Source: an uncultured Candidatus Rokubacteria bacterium
GTDB taxonomy: Bacteria > Methylomirabilota > Methylomirabilia > Rokubacteriales > CSP1-6
NCBI GenBank assembly: GCA_963734175.1
Contig: CAVTGC010000004.1
Location: 967,875 to 1,031,874 of the forward strand
Length of the DNA stretch: 64,000 nucleotides
Reading direction: 5' to 3'
Each line of letters begins with the position of its first letter. Positions within the stretch are counted from its first letter, which is position 1. This document shows positions 9,887 through 19,627 of this stretch, piece by piece. The notes beneath the pieces are model-generated. The model was not told the origin of the DNA, searched no databases, and worked only from the letters and a program-made list of their open reading frames with translations. A program made the translations under genes and the position numbers.

Positions 9887-10453
9887 ATGCGTTCAGTGAT
9901 GGGATTCGTGGCGGCGGGGCTGCTGCTGGGCACCGTCGCGGTCGCCTCGGCGCAGATGCAGACGGGAACGGTCGTGCGCATCGATTCGCAATCGAAGGTC
10001 GTGCTGCTCGATGACGGGCGGATGTATCGCGTGACGCCGAACACGGTGCTGGTCGTCGAGAACCAGCCGGCGCCGTTCACGGCCCTCGTGCCCGGGCAGC
10101 GAGTCATGATCCAGTCCGGAGAGGTCGTGATGCTCCGCGATGGCCAGTACGTGGCGGTGGCCCAGGCCCCCGTCCAGACGCCGGGCATCGTGACGCAGGC
10201 CCCGGCGCCGACCGTCGTGACGCAGGCCCCGGCGCCGGCCACGGCGGTGCCCGTCGGTGTCAGGCAGACGATCGTCGGGACCGTCACCGACGTCGACCGC
10301 AACGGCGAGGTGAAGATCAAGACTGCGAACGATTCGTTCGAGGTCAAGGTGCCGTCGGAGACCACTCGGCAGATCAAGAAGGGTGACAACGTGACCGTCG
10401 ACCTGACGATCACCCCACCCAGCGCGCCCTCGGCGTCGCCCGCGATCCGGTAG
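9887..10453 (+). CDS. hypothetical secreted protein with VTQAPAP repeats
   Basis: Has a GGGAGG RBS 8 nt upstream and the Sec signal peptide 'AAGLLLGTVAVASAQ'. Contains a tandem 'GIVTQAPAPTVVTQAPAPA' motif. Confidence 0.7.
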   Translation: MRSVMGFVAAGLLLGTVAVASAQMQTGTVVRIDSQSKVVLLDDGRMYRVTPNTVLVVENQPAPFTALVPGQRVMIQSGEVVMLRDGQYVAVAQAPVQTPGIVTQAPAPTVVTQAPAPATAVPVGVRQTIVGTVTDVDRNGEVKIKTANDSFEVKVPSETTRQIKKGDNVTVDLTITPPSAPSASPAIR

Positions 10454-10468
10454 CGGGCCGCGCAGCGA

Positions 10469-11593
10469 TCAGGCCGCCCGGGCCGCCTCGGCCCGGGCGA
10501 GCCGCTGCTGCAGCAACCCGAGCACGACCCCCTCCGCCGCGTCGAGCGTGCTCAGCCGCTCGCCCATGGCCCGCTCGGTCCGCGCCTTCAACGCGCGAAT
10601 CGTGACGCCGTCGAGGTAGGCGTGGAGCACCTCGGGATGCACGTAGGACTTGCGACAGATGGCCGGCGTGTTGCCGAGCCGCGCGGCCACCCTCTCGATG
10701 GCCCGGACGACGTTGCGCTTGGCCTCCCGCGCGGTCGCGAACGTGCGCACCTCGGCCAGCGCGAGGGCGGCCAGCACGGTGCCGGCCCACGTCCGGAAGT
10801 CCTTGGCGGTGAAATCGGCGCCGGTGATCGTCTTCAGATACGCGTTGACGTCGCCGGAATCGATCGCGCGCCGCTCGCCCGCCTCGTCCACGTACTGGAA
10901 GAGCTCCTGACCGGGCAGGTCTTGCAGGTGGCGAACGATCCGGGCCACTCCGCGGTCCCGCACGCCGACGTCGTGCTCCTTGCCGCCCTTCCCGCGAAAG
11001 GCGAACCGCAGCTCGGCGCCGCTGACGTCGACGTGGCGATCACGCATGGTGGTGAGTCCGAACGAGCGGTTCGTGCGCGCGTACTCCTCGTTGCCCACGC
11101 GGATCAGCGTGGTCTCGAGCAGCCGGACCACGGTGGCCAGCACCTTGTCGCGCGTCAGTCCCGGGCGGGCCAGGTCCTCGGCCACGCGCGCGCGGATGCG
11201 CGGCAGCGCGCGGGCGAAGGCCAGCATGCGCGCGTACTTGGTCTCGTCGCGCGCCTGCCGCCAGCGGCCATGGTAGCGGTACTGCTTGCGCCCGCGGGCG
11301 TCACGGCCGATCGCCTGGATGTGGCCCTGGGACGAGCCGCAGATCCACACGTCCTTCCACGCCGGCGGGATGACCAGCGCGCGGATGCGACGCAGCGTCT
11401 CCCGCTCGCACACCCGGCGGCCGGCAGCGTCCACGTACGTGAACCCGCCGCCGGCCCGCCGGCGCCGGAACCCGGGCGTCGTCTCGCTGACGTAGCGCAA
11501 TCCCGCCAGCTTGGCGGACTCCACCGGATCGGTGACGATTTTTGAGAGGCGTGGACGGACCGGGCGAATCTTCACGTCAGCGCTCCTACGCAA
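10469..11593 (-). CDS. DNA topoisomerase IB (bacterial/poxvirus type)
   Basis: Carries 'IPPAWKDVWI', 'KDFRTWAGT' and the catalytic-Tyr region 'RKSYVHP'. Length 374 aa. Confidence 0.8.
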   Translation of the reverse strand: MRRSADVKIRPVRPRLSKIVTDPVESAKLAGLRYVSETTPGFRRRRAGGGFTYVDAAGRRVCERETLRRIRALVIPPAWKDVWICGSSQGHIQAIGRDARGRKQYRYHGRWRQARDETKYARMLAFARALPRIRARVAEDLARPGLTRDKVLATVVRLLETTLIRVGNEEYARTNRSFGLTTMRDRHVDVSGAELRFAFRGKGGKEHDVGVRDRGVARIVRHLQDLPGQELFQYVDEAGERRAIDSGDVNAYLKTITGADFTAKDFRTWAGTVLAALALAEVRTFATAREAKRNVVRAIERVAARLGNTPAICRKSYVHPEVLHAYLDGVTIRALKARTERAMGERLSTLDAAEGVVLGLLQQRLARAEAARAA

Positions 11594-11620
11594 GCGCCGT
11601 GCCGTCGGGCTGCAGTGACC

Positions 11621-12634
11621 TCAGGCGGACAGGTCGATCAGCACCTTCATGACGGGCCCACCCCGCAGCGCTTCCTCCATGCCGTGCTGCAGCGAGGCCA
11701 GCGGCAGGCTGTGGGTGACGAGCGGGGCGAGCGAGACGGCGCCGGTGCTGGCCAGCGAGATCGCTTCGACCCAGTCCTCGCGCGCGTAGAGCCGGCTGCC
11801 GTGCAGCGTGAGCTCGCGGGCGAAGAAGCGATAGAGGTCGACGGGCACCGACTCGCCGTGGATGGCCACCATGCTGATGGTGCCCCACACGCGCACGAGC
11901 GACGTCATCACGCGCACGGCGGCGGGGTTGCCGGTGACCTCGAACACCACGTCGGCGCCGTCGCCGGCCGTCCACGCGTCGATCACGGCCTTGAGGTCCT
12001 GGTCGGGCTCGGCCACGTCGACGCGCAGCTTGCGGAGGATCTCGATGCGGAACGGGTTCAGCTCGCTCACGAGCACGCGGGCGCCGCGGTGACGGGCGAC
12101 CATGGCGATCAGCGCACCGATGGGGCCGCCGCCGAGGACGAGCACGGCGTCACCCGCCTTCACCTCGGCCCGACGGACGTCGTGCGTCGCCACCGCCAGC
12201 GGCTCGATCACGGCCGCCTCGTCGTCACCGAGCGTGACCGGCACCCGCAGCAGGCGCTCGACCGGCACCGCCCAGTACTCCTGCATCCCCCCGGGCTCCT
12301 CCACGCCGAGCACGCGGAGGCGGTAGCAGAGATAGGCCGCGCCCATCCGGCAGGCCCGGCAGGCGCCGCACATGCGCAGCGGCTCCACCACCACGCGCTC
12401 GCCCGCGTGGAAGCCGGAGGCGGCCGGCGCCTCGGCGATCTCGGCCAGCGTCTCGTGGCCGATGACGCCACCCCTGGGAATGCGGTGGTCGAGGTGCCCC
12501 TGGAAGATGTGCAGGTCGGTGCCGCAGATACCGACCCGGCGCACGCGCAGCACGGCCTCGCCTGGCCCCGCCGTCGGCATGGGCGCGGTGCCGATGCGGA
12601 ACCGCCGGTCGCCCTCGTAGAAGGACGAGCGCAT
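11621..12634 (-). CDS. zinc-dependent alcohol dehydrogenase (MDR family; threonine/sorbitol DH-like)
   Basis: Has 'GICGTDLH' and 'GHE' Zn-ligand motifs and a 'GGGPIG' Rossmann motif. Confidence 0.85.
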   Translation of the reverse strand: MRSSFYEGDRRFRIGTAPMPTAGPGEAVLRVRRVGICGTDLHIFQGHLDHRIPRGGVIGHETLAEIAEAPAASGFHAGERVVVEPLRMCGACRACRMGAAYLCYRLRVLGVEEPGGMQEYWAVPVERLLRVPVTLGDDEAAVIEPLAVATHDVRRAEVKAGDAVLVLGGGPIGALIAMVARHRGARVLVSELNPFRIEILRKLRVDVAEPDQDLKAVIDAWTAGDGADVVFEVTGNPAAVRVMTSLVRVWGTISMVAIHGESVPVDLYRFFARELTLHGSRLYAREDWVEAISLASTGAVSLAPLVTHSLPLASLQHGMEEALRGGPVMKVLIDLSA

Positions 12635-14529
12635 CAGCCCCGCCCCGGGCGCGGCTGTCCGAGCATCTCGATCTTGGATTCACCCCGCGCGGCCAGCACC
12701 CAGCGCTCCCACGCCTGGCTCTGCTTCTGGGTGGTGAGCTCGCGCTGCAGCTTCTCGCGCTCGGTCGCGTCCACCGGCCCCGCCGGTGCCCGCTCCAGCA
12801 CCTTGGCCACGTAGTAGCCCTGCGGCGTCTTGATCGGGGCCGTGGTGCCGCCGGCCGGCGTCTGCAGGGCGGCGATCTGCACATCGCCCGGGAGCTTCTC
12901 GGCCGGCTTGGCGCGCGAGAAGCGCGGGGCGTCGCCGACCGTGGCGCCGGCCTTGCGAGCGGCGACCTGCAGGTCGCCCGCCTTCGCCTCGTCGGCCAGC
13001 TGCTTCACCTTGGTCGAGGCCACCGTGTCGGCCTTGCCACGCTTCACCGCCGCCACCACGCGGTCGCGGATCTCGGCCAGTGGCGGGACGCCGGGCGGGA
13101 TCGTCGCCGTCACCTTGAGCACGACCCAGCCGGCCGGTGTGTTGACCGGGGGCGTGACACCGCCCACCGCGAGGCCGAAGGCGGCCTCCTCCAGCGTGTC
13201 GGTCGGCGGCATGCCCGGCATCGCCGGCGGCCGGCCGATCTTCGTCATCGTCGTCTCCACCGGCGTCAGCTTCAGCTTGCGGGCCTCGGCCGGAAAGTCG
13301 GCGGCGGCCATCAGCGGCGGGCGGATCTCGTCGGCGCGGGCCTTGGCGGCGCCGTCAGCCGCCTCGGCGGCGAGGCGATCGCGGATCTGGGCGGCGACCT
13401 CCTTCATCGGCTTGCGCGCGGCCTCGCGGGTGTCGAACACCTTGATGGCGTGGAAGCCGAACGGCGTGCGCACGGGCTCGGGACTGACCTCGCCCTTCTT
13501 GAGAGCGAACAGCGCCTGGTCGAAGGCCGGCACCATCGTGCCCGGCGTCACCCAGCCGAGGTCGCCGCCCTTGTCCTTGGAGCCGGGATCCTCGGAGACC
13601 TCGCGGGCGAGCTTGCCGAAGTCCTCGCCGGCCTTCGCACGCTTGATGACGGCGGCGATCTTCTCGCGGGCGCGGTCCTCGGCCTCGCTGCCGCCGGTCT
13701 CGCCGACCCGCACCAGCACGTGGCTGCCCTGGACCTGGCGGGGCGTCTCGTAGTCCTTCACGTGCTCGGTGTAGTACTTCTCGACCTCGGCGTCGGCGAC
13801 CTTGGGGGCGAAGTCCTTGGCGACGAGCGTGACGTACTGCACCTTGCGACGCTCGGGCTGCTTGAACTCCTCGCCGTGCGACTTCAGATACTCGGCCAGC
13901 TCGTCGTCGCCGGCGGTGGCGGCGGCGACCAGCGGCGCCAGCTCCACCAGGGCCCACGACGCGCGGACCTCCTCGCGCCGCAGCCCCCACGCCTGCTCGA
14001 CCTCGGCGTCGGTCACCCGCACGCCGGAGACGATGAGGCGCTGCACCTTGCGCAGCGTGAGGTAGCGGCGCAGCTCACGCTCGGCCTCCACGCCGCGCGC
14101 CTGCAGGAAGCGGCGGTAGCGCTCGATCGAGAAGCGCCCGTTGTCCTGGAACTCGCGCATGGCGTGAACGGAGGCGTTGAACTCCTCGTCGCTCATGCCC
14201 AGCCCCTCGGCCTGGGCGCGCTGCACGACGGCCGCCTCGGTGACGAGCTCGTCGACCACGCGCTGGGGCAGGCCCAGCTGCTCGGCCAGCTCCGGGGTGA
14301 GCCGGCCCTGGTTGCTCCGCGAGTACATCTCGAGATAGCCCTGGAAGCGGTCCTGGTACTGCCGGCGCGAGATCGCCTCGCCGTTGACCCGGGCCACCGC
14401 ATCAGCGGTCTCGCCACCCTTGTCGAAGCCGCTCGAGCCGAACACGAACAGCGAGGCCACGAAGGCCGCGATGACGACGAGCAGGCCGACCTGCAGCCCC
14501 TTGCGATACCGGCGCATGAACGTGATCAT
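12634..14529 (-). CDS. ppiD: periplasmic chaperone / peptidyl-prolyl isomerase PpiD-like
   Basis: Has an N-terminal membrane anchor 'LLVVIAAFVASLF', a SurA-like N-domain and a parvulin domain. ATG is at 14527-14529, preceded by a GAGAGGGA RBS. Length 631 aa. Confidence 0.8.
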   Translation of the reverse strand: MITFMRRYRKGLQVGLLVVIAAFVASLFVFGSSGFDKGGETADAVARVNGEAISRRQYQDRFQGYLEMYSRSNQGRLTPELAEQLGLPQRVVDELVTEAAVVQRAQAEGLGMSDEEFNASVHAMREFQDNGRFSIERYRRFLQARGVEAERELRRYLTLRKVQRLIVSGVRVTDAEVEQAWGLRREEVRASWALVELAPLVAAATAGDDELAEYLKSHGEEFKQPERRKVQYVTLVAKDFAPKVADAEVEKYYTEHVKDYETPRQVQGSHVLVRVGETGGSEAEDRAREKIAAVIKRAKAGEDFGKLAREVSEDPGSKDKGGDLGWVTPGTMVPAFDQALFALKKGEVSPEPVRTPFGFHAIKVFDTREAARKPMKEVAAQIRDRLAAEAADGAAKARADEIRPPLMAAADFPAEARKLKLTPVETTMTKIGRPPAMPGMPPTDTLEEAAFGLAVGGVTPPVNTPAGWVVLKVTATIPPGVPPLAEIRDRVVAAVKRGKADTVASTKVKQLADEAKAGDLQVAARKAGATVGDAPRFSRAKPAEKLPGDVQIAALQTPAGGTTAPIKTPQGYYVAKVLERAPAGPVDATEREKLQRELTTQKQSQAWERWVLAARGESKIEMLGQPRPGRG

Positions 14530-15365
14530 GACTCGTCCCTCTCGGGCATCGGCGGCCGCGCCACCCGGGGGCCCTCCTCGGGCACCACCCGGCGGGCCAC
14601 CGTGATGAATCCGGTGTGGGCGACCATGCGGTGGAACGGCCGCACGGAGGTGCCGTCGATGTTCCACGGCCGCACCAGTGTCTCGAACGTCTCCACCAGC
14701 GCCCAGGACCGGTCGTGGTTGAGCGCCTCGGCGATCTGGTGGGACTGGATGATCGTGGGTACGTAGCTCATGAAGATGCCGCCCGGCCGGAGCACGCGGG
14801 CGACGGCCTCGGTGAGGCGCCACGGCTCCGGCAGGTCGAAGACGACCCGATCCACCGGCTCCTCGTCGGCCAGCCCCTCCTCGACCGGGATCAGCCGCAC
14901 GGTCAGGTTGGTGACCTCGCCCGCCCGCATGTGGATGTTGGCCACCGCCCGGCGCGCGAACTCCTCGCGCTGCTCGAAGGTGATCACGCGCCCCTCGGGC
15001 CCGACCGCGCGCAGCAGGGCCAGCGTGAGCGCGCCGGAGCCGGTGCCGGCCTCCAGCACGCGGCAGCCCGGATAGACGTCGGCCCAGAACAGGATCATGG
15101 CCAGGTCCTTGGGATAGATGACCTGGGCACCGCGCGGCATCTCCAGCACGAACTCGGCGAGCGTGGGGCGCAGAGCCAGGTAGCGCAGCCCCATCGAGGA
15201 GCGCACCCACGAGCCCTCCGGCTGCCCGATGACGGAATCGTGAGGGATCCAGCCGCGGTCGGAGTGGAACGTCTCCGACTTGCGCAGGAAGATCAGGTGG
15301 CGCTTTCCGCGCTGGTCGATGAGCAGGACCTGCTCGCCGTCCTGGAAGACGAGCCGGTCGTTCAC
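14526..15365 (-). CDS. trmI: tRNA (adenine-N1)-methyltransferase TrmI/GCD14
   Basis: Has 'VLEAGTGSGALT' SAM motif I. GTG start, with a GTGA overlap on the upstream MFS stop. Confidence 0.8.
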   Translation of the reverse strand: MNDRLVFQDGEQVLLIDQRGKRHLIFLRKSETFHSDRGWIPHDSVIGQPEGSWVRSSMGLRYLALRPTLAEFVLEMPRGAQVIYPKDLAMILFWADVYPGCRVLEAGTGSGALTLALLRAVGPEGRVITFEQREEFARRAVANIHMRAGEVTNLTVRLIPVEEGLADEEPVDRVVFDLPEPWRLTEAVARVLRPGGIFMSYVPTIIQSHQIAEALNHDRSWALVETFETLVRPWNIDGTSVRPFHRMVAHTGFITVARRVVPEEGPRVARPPMPERDES

Positions 15366-16585
15366 GCGACGGCGTCGCGCGGCGCCGGCAGCAGGCGCGT
15401 CAGGGCGAACGCGGCCAGCGGCGTCAGCGCGCTGATCCACAGCGCCGTCGCCACGCCCCAGCGGTCGGCCACCCAGCCCAGCGCCGTCACGCCGGCGCCG
15501 CCGAGGCCGATGGCGAACCCCACGATCAGCCCCGACGCCATGCCGGCATTGCGCGGCAGGTAGGCCTGGCCGAGCACGACCGAGACCGTGAAGCTCGAGG
15601 TGAGCACGCCGCCGAAGATGCCGAGCAGCACGAAGGCGAGCGGCCCGCTCGACAGCAGGAAGAGCACGCCGAACGGCAAGGCGGCCAGCAGCACCCACTG
15701 CATGAACGCCCGCGGCCCCACCCGGTCGGCGATCGGGCCGGCGATGACGGTGGCCAGCGCGCCCGAGCCCAGGAACACGAAGAGCAGCACGCCGACCAGG
15801 CGGGGGTCGGCCTTGAGGACGTCGAGGTAGTAGAAGGGCACGAAGGTCGAGAAGCCCAGCGACGCCCACGAGCGGACGCCGACCACGGCGATCAGCAGCG
15901 CCATCGCGCCCGGCATGTTGGCGCCCTCGCTCTTGGCCTTCCGGACCTTGGGCGCCGTCGCCTCGCTCGTGAACAGGGGCAGGGCGGCGAGCAGCAGCAG
16001 GCCGACCAGCGCCGTCGGCACCAGCATGCCGAGCGTGCCGGGCATGCCGAAGCCGGTCACGAGGAACGTCATCAGCGGCGGTCCCACCGCGATACCCACG
16101 TTGCCGCCCAGCGCGAACCAGGAGAGCGCGGTGGCCTTGCGATCGCCCGCCACCGCGGTGGCCGTCCGGTAGCCCTCGGGGTGCCACGCCGCCACGCCCA
16201 GGCCCATGACGATGACCAGGGCCAGCACGCCCAGGTAGCCGGGGGCCAGGCCGACCAGCGCGATGCCGGCGCCCGCCACGAAGACCGAGGTCGGCAGGAT
16301 CCAGCGACGCGCGACCTGATCGGAGAGGTAGCCGAACAGCGGCTGGATGATCGACGAGGTCAGGTTGCCGAGCAGCACGATCATCGCCACCTGGGCGTAG
16401 GACAGCGCGTGCATCTGCTTGACGAAGGGCAATACGGCCGGCAGCGAGCCCTGGTTGACGTCGATCACGAAGTGACCGAGGGCCAGGAGCCCGATGAGCT
16501 TGGTATGGGGCCGGACGCGCTCGACGGCGACGCCGAAGGGCGCAGCGGCCGCCGCCTCGTAGGCCGCCGGCTTGGAATCAGCCAT
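15362..16585 (-). CDS. MFS transporter
   Basis: 12-TM MFS pattern. The start is ambiguous between ATG 16585 and GTG 16606. Confidence 0.8.
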   Translation of the reverse strand: MADSKPAAYEAAAAAPFGVAVERVRPHTKLIGLLALGHFVIDVNQGSLPAVLPFVKQMHALSYAQVAMIVLLGNLTSSIIQPLFGYLSDQVARRWILPTSVFVAGAGIALVGLAPGYLGVLALVIVMGLGVAAWHPEGYRTATAVAGDRKATALSWFALGGNVGIAVGPPLMTFLVTGFGMPGTLGMLVPTALVGLLLLAALPLFTSEATAPKVRKAKSEGANMPGAMALLIAVVGVRSWASLGFSTFVPFYYLDVLKADPRLVGVLLFVFLGSGALATVIAGPIADRVGPRAFMQWVLLAALPFGVLFLLSSGPLAFVLLGIFGGVLTSSFTVSVVLGQAYLPRNAGMASGLIVGFAIGLGGAGVTALGWVADRWGVATALWISALTPLAAFALTRLLPAPRDAVA

Positions 16586-16653
16586 GACCCGCCAATGGTA
16601 CACCACGGCCCGCGCCGGGCGAACCCGAGCGGACGCCCGCGGGGCCTACCCGT

Positions 16654-17157
16654 TCAGGACGACGCCGCTTGCAGATCGACGAAGTAGAGCAGATCCAGCC
16701 AGCCCGGCGAGTGACCCGCCTGGGTCAGCATCAGCGCGGCCTCGCTCCGATGCTGGGTGGCGTGGTTGACCTGGTGGGTCATCTGCTGCCACAGCGGGTA
16801 GGCCCAGCGCTCGCCCTGGAAGTTCGTGTACGCGACGATCTCGGCAAGCCGCGCCTCGGTCAAGCCGGCGACGAAGGCGGCCGTAGCTCGCTCGATCTCG
16901 TCCCACCGCGTGCGCACGCGGGCCAGGTCGGGGAAATCGGCCGGCGCCGGCATGCTGCGCGGCGAGCGCCCCTGCCACCGCTCGAGGTAGAGCCACTGGG
17001 CGCCCAGGGTGTGCGCCAGCGTGTCGCGGATCGACTCGCCGGCGGGGCCGGTGGCGGCCACGAAGCGGGCGTGGTCCAGCCCGGCCGCGGTGTCGAGGAT
17101 GCGTCCGTTGGCCCACGCACTGTAGGCGTACAGCGATCGGATCAGGTCGATGATCAC
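16654..17157 (-). CDS. DinB/DinB_2 family (damage-inducible, metal-dependent hydrolase-like) protein
   Basis: GTG start with an AGGAGG RBS. Lies 11 nt downstream of phnE. Has four-helix-bundle DinB His motifs ('HTLGAQ', 'HQVNHATQH'). Confidence 0.7.
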   Translation of the reverse strand: MIIDLIRSLYAYSAWANGRILDTAAGLDHARFVAATGPAGESIRDTLAHTLGAQWLYLERWQGRSPRSMPAPADFPDLARVRTRWDEIERATAAFVAGLTEARLAEIVAYTNFQGERWAYPLWQQMTHQVNHATQHRSEAALMLTQAGHSPGWLDLLYFVDLQAASS

Positions 17158-17168
17158 CCTCGTCCCTC

Positions 17169-17996
17169 CTAGGTCAGCCGCCGGCGCACGAGCGCCGAGG
17201 CGATCTCCGAAGCCACGACGATCGCGAGGACGACGACGAGGATCAGCCCGACCCGGCGCCATTCGAGGCCCAGGATCGCCTCGTTCAGGGCGAAGCCGAT
17301 ACCGCCGGCCCCGACGAGGCCGAGCACCGTCGACTCGCGGATGTTGATGTCCCAGCGATAGACGCAGACGCCGGCGAAGACCGGGCGCACCTGGGGGACG
17401 ATCGCGTAGGCCAGCACGCGCCAGCGGTCGGCGCCGGTGGCGACGATGGCCTCCACCTGGCCGCGGTCGGTCTCCTCGATGCCCTCGGCCAGCAGCTTGG
17501 AGACGAAGCCGATCGAGCGCACGGCCACGGCCAGCACGCCGGCCAGCGAGCCGGGGCCGACCACGATGATGAAGATCAGCGCCCAGATGAGCGTGTCGAC
17601 CGAGCGGCTCACGACCATCACCCCCCGCGCCGCCGCGTAGGTGGCGCGATTGAAGGTGGTGTTGAGCGCGGCCAGGAAGGCGACCGGCAGCGACAGCACG
17701 ACCGCCAGCGCCGTGCCGACGGTGGCGATGTTGATCGTCTGCAGCGTGGGCCCGACCAGCGCGCCGGCGAACGACCACTCGGGCGGGATCATGCGGCCGA
17801 CGAGGTCGCCGATCTGGCTCGGCGCATCGGCCACGTAGTCCCAGCGCACCCCGAGCCGGGTCAGCATCCACGCGGTCAGCGCGGCCACCCCCAGCTGGCC
17901 GGCCAGGCGGGCGGCGCGCTGCCACGGCGTGTGGCGCCGCCAGATCGTCGCCGGCCCCGGCACCGCCTGCGCGACCGCCTCGTCGCCGATCGGCAC
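17169..17996 (-). CDS. phnE: phosphonate ABC transporter permease PhnE
   Basis: Has a PhnE-type permease signature ('ETDRGQVEAIVATGA'). Confidence 0.85.
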   Translation of the reverse strand: MPIGDEAVAQAVPGPATIWRRHTPWQRAARLAGQLGVAALTAWMLTRLGVRWDYVADAPSQIGDLVGRMIPPEWSFAGALVGPTLQTINIATVGTALAVVLSLPVAFLAALNTTFNRATYAAARGVMVVSRSVDTLIWALIFIIVVGPGSLAGVLAVAVRSIGFVSKLLAEGIEETDRGQVEAIVATGADRWRVLAYAIVPQVRPVFAGVCVYRWDINIRESTVLGLVGAGGIGFALNEAILGLEWRRVGLILVVVLAIVVASEIASALVRRRLT

Positions 17997-17997
17997 G

Positions 17998-18792
17998 CTA
18001 TTGCACCCAGCGGCGGGCCAGGGCGCTCACCGCCTCGCCCACCAGGACGATGCCGACGATGACCAGCAGGATGGCCAGGACGAAGTCGTAGTCGTAACGC
18101 GAGAAGGCGTTGTAGAGGGTGGCGCCGATGCCGCCGGCGCCCACGATGCCGATGATCGTCGACTGGCGCAGGTGGATGTCCCACTGGTAGATCGTCAGCC
18201 CGATGACGCGCGGCAGCACCTGGGGCAGGACCGCGTAGAGCAAGACGGCGGCGCGGCCGGCGCCAGTCGCCCGCACCGCTTCGATCTGCCCGCGGTCGAT
18301 CGTCTCGATCTGCTCGGCCAGCAGCTTGCCGAAGAAGCCGACCGAGTTCACCGTGAGCGTGAGCACGCCGGCCAGGGGTCCGAACCCTACCGCCTTCACC
18401 AGCAGGATCGCCACGATCAGCTCGTGGAAGGTCCGCCCCAGCGTGATGACGCCTCGGCCACCCGCGTACACCGCGCCCGGTACCACGTTGCGCGCGGCCA
18501 GCACGGCGACCGGGATGCCGAGCAGCACGCCGAACAGCGTGGACAGCGTGGCCATCTCGAGCGACTCCACGATGCCCTCGAGCAGGAGGCTGCCCCGGCT
18601 GAAGTCCGGCGGGAAGGCTCGCGCGGCGACCGTGGACAGGCGGGCGAGACCGCGCGCGACCCGCTCGGGGTTCACCTCCAGGCTGACGACGTTCCACGCG
18701 AGGAAGACGCCGAGCGCCAGCCACACGACCGGGCCGATCCACGGCCGTGGCCACATCGACGGCGGCCGCCAGGCGCGGGTGGCGGTGGTCAC
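17998..18792 (-). CDS. phnE: phosphonate ABC transporter permease PhnE (second copy)
   Basis: Paralogous to the previous permease ('[16 protein letters not shown]'). A GTG start overlaps the phnC stop (GTGA). Confidence 0.8.
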   Translation of the reverse strand: MTTATRAWRPPSMWPRPWIGPVVWLALGVFLAWNVVSLEVNPERVARGLARLSTVAARAFPPDFSRGSLLLEGIVESLEMATLSTLFGVLLGIPVAVLAARNVVPGAVYAGGRGVITLGRTFHELIVAILLVKAVGFGPLAGVLTLTVNSVGFFGKLLAEQIETIDRGQIEAVRATGAGRAAVLLYAVLPQVLPRVIGLTIYQWDIHLRQSTIIGIVGAGGIGATLYNAFSRYDYDFVLAILLVIVGIVLVGEAVSALARRWVQ

Positions 18793-19625
18793 GACGCCGC
18801 CTCGGAGGCGGCGCCGTAGACGCGGGCCAGCGTCTCCTCGGTGAGACCGCCGGCGTCGCCGTCGTACACGATCTCGCCGGCGCGCATGCCGATCACCCGC
18901 TGCGCGAACTGCCGCGCCAGCGGCACGTCGTGGATGTTGACCAGGGCCGGGATGCCATCCTCGCCCGCGAGGTCGACGATGAGGCGCAGCACGGCCTCGG
19001 AGGTGCGGGGGTCGAGGCTCGAGGTGGGCTCGTCCACGAGCAGGATGCGCGGGCGCTGCACGAGCGCGCGGGCGATGCCCACGCGCTGTCGCTGGCCGCC
19101 CGAGAGCGCATCGGCGCGCTTGTTCTCGAAGCCGGCCAGACCCACCCGGGCCAGCGTGCGGTAGGCGGCCTCGACGTCGGCGGGCGGGAACCGGCGGCGC
19201 CACGCCTTCCAGAGCGAGACGTAGCCGAGCCGGCCGGAGAGCACGTTCTCCATCACGGTCAGGCGCTCGACCAGGTTGAACTCCTGGAAGATCATCGCCA
19301 TGCGGCGCCGGGCCTCGCGCAGCGGGCGGCCCCGCAGCGTGGTGACCTCCTCACCGTCGAGCTTCACGGAGCCGCGGTCCGGCTCGACCAGCCGGTTGAG
19401 GCAGCGCAGCAGCGTGGACTTGCCGGCGCCGGAGGAGCCGATGACGAAGACCGCGTCGCGGCCGTCGAGCGCCAGGGAGACGCCGCGCAGCGCCCGGTCC
19501 CCGGTCGGGTAGGTCTTGGCGAGGTCGGTGACGACCAGAATGGGGGGCCCCGATATGGCCCCCCATACCCCCCCTCGCTCGGGTCGCCCCGGCGGAGCCG
19601 CGGCGCCCCTCGTTGTGCCCGACAT
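18789..19625 (-). CDS. phnC: phosphonate ABC transporter ATP-binding protein PhnC
   Basis: Has Walker A 'GSSGAGKST', the signature 'LSGGQRQR' and Walker B 'LLVDEP'. The N-terminus is unusual; see findings. An alternative start at ATG 19566 is reachable only with a 1-nt indel. Confidence 0.85.
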   Translation of the reverse strand: MSGTTRGAAAPPGRPERGGVWGAISGPPILVVTDLAKTYPTGDRALRGVSLALDGRDAVFVIGSSGAGKSTLLRCLNRLVEPDRGSVKLDGEEVTTLRGRPLREARRRMAMIFQEFNLVERLTVMENVLSGRLGYVSLWKAWRRRFPPADVEAAYRTLARVGLAGFENKRADALSGGQRQRVGIARALVQRPRILLVDEPTSSLDPRTSEAVLRLIVDLAGEDGIPALVNIHDVPLARQFAQRVIGMRAGEIVYDGDAGGLTEETLARVYGAASEAAS

Positions 19626-19627
19626 GC

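Noticed and set aside
19351-19566. 71-aa ORF '[20 protein letters not shown]...' on the minus strand.
   Set aside because: It is out of frame with phnC and covers the same DNA. Only its first 8 codons are plausible, as an alternative phnC start if there is an indel. It was not called as a separate gene.
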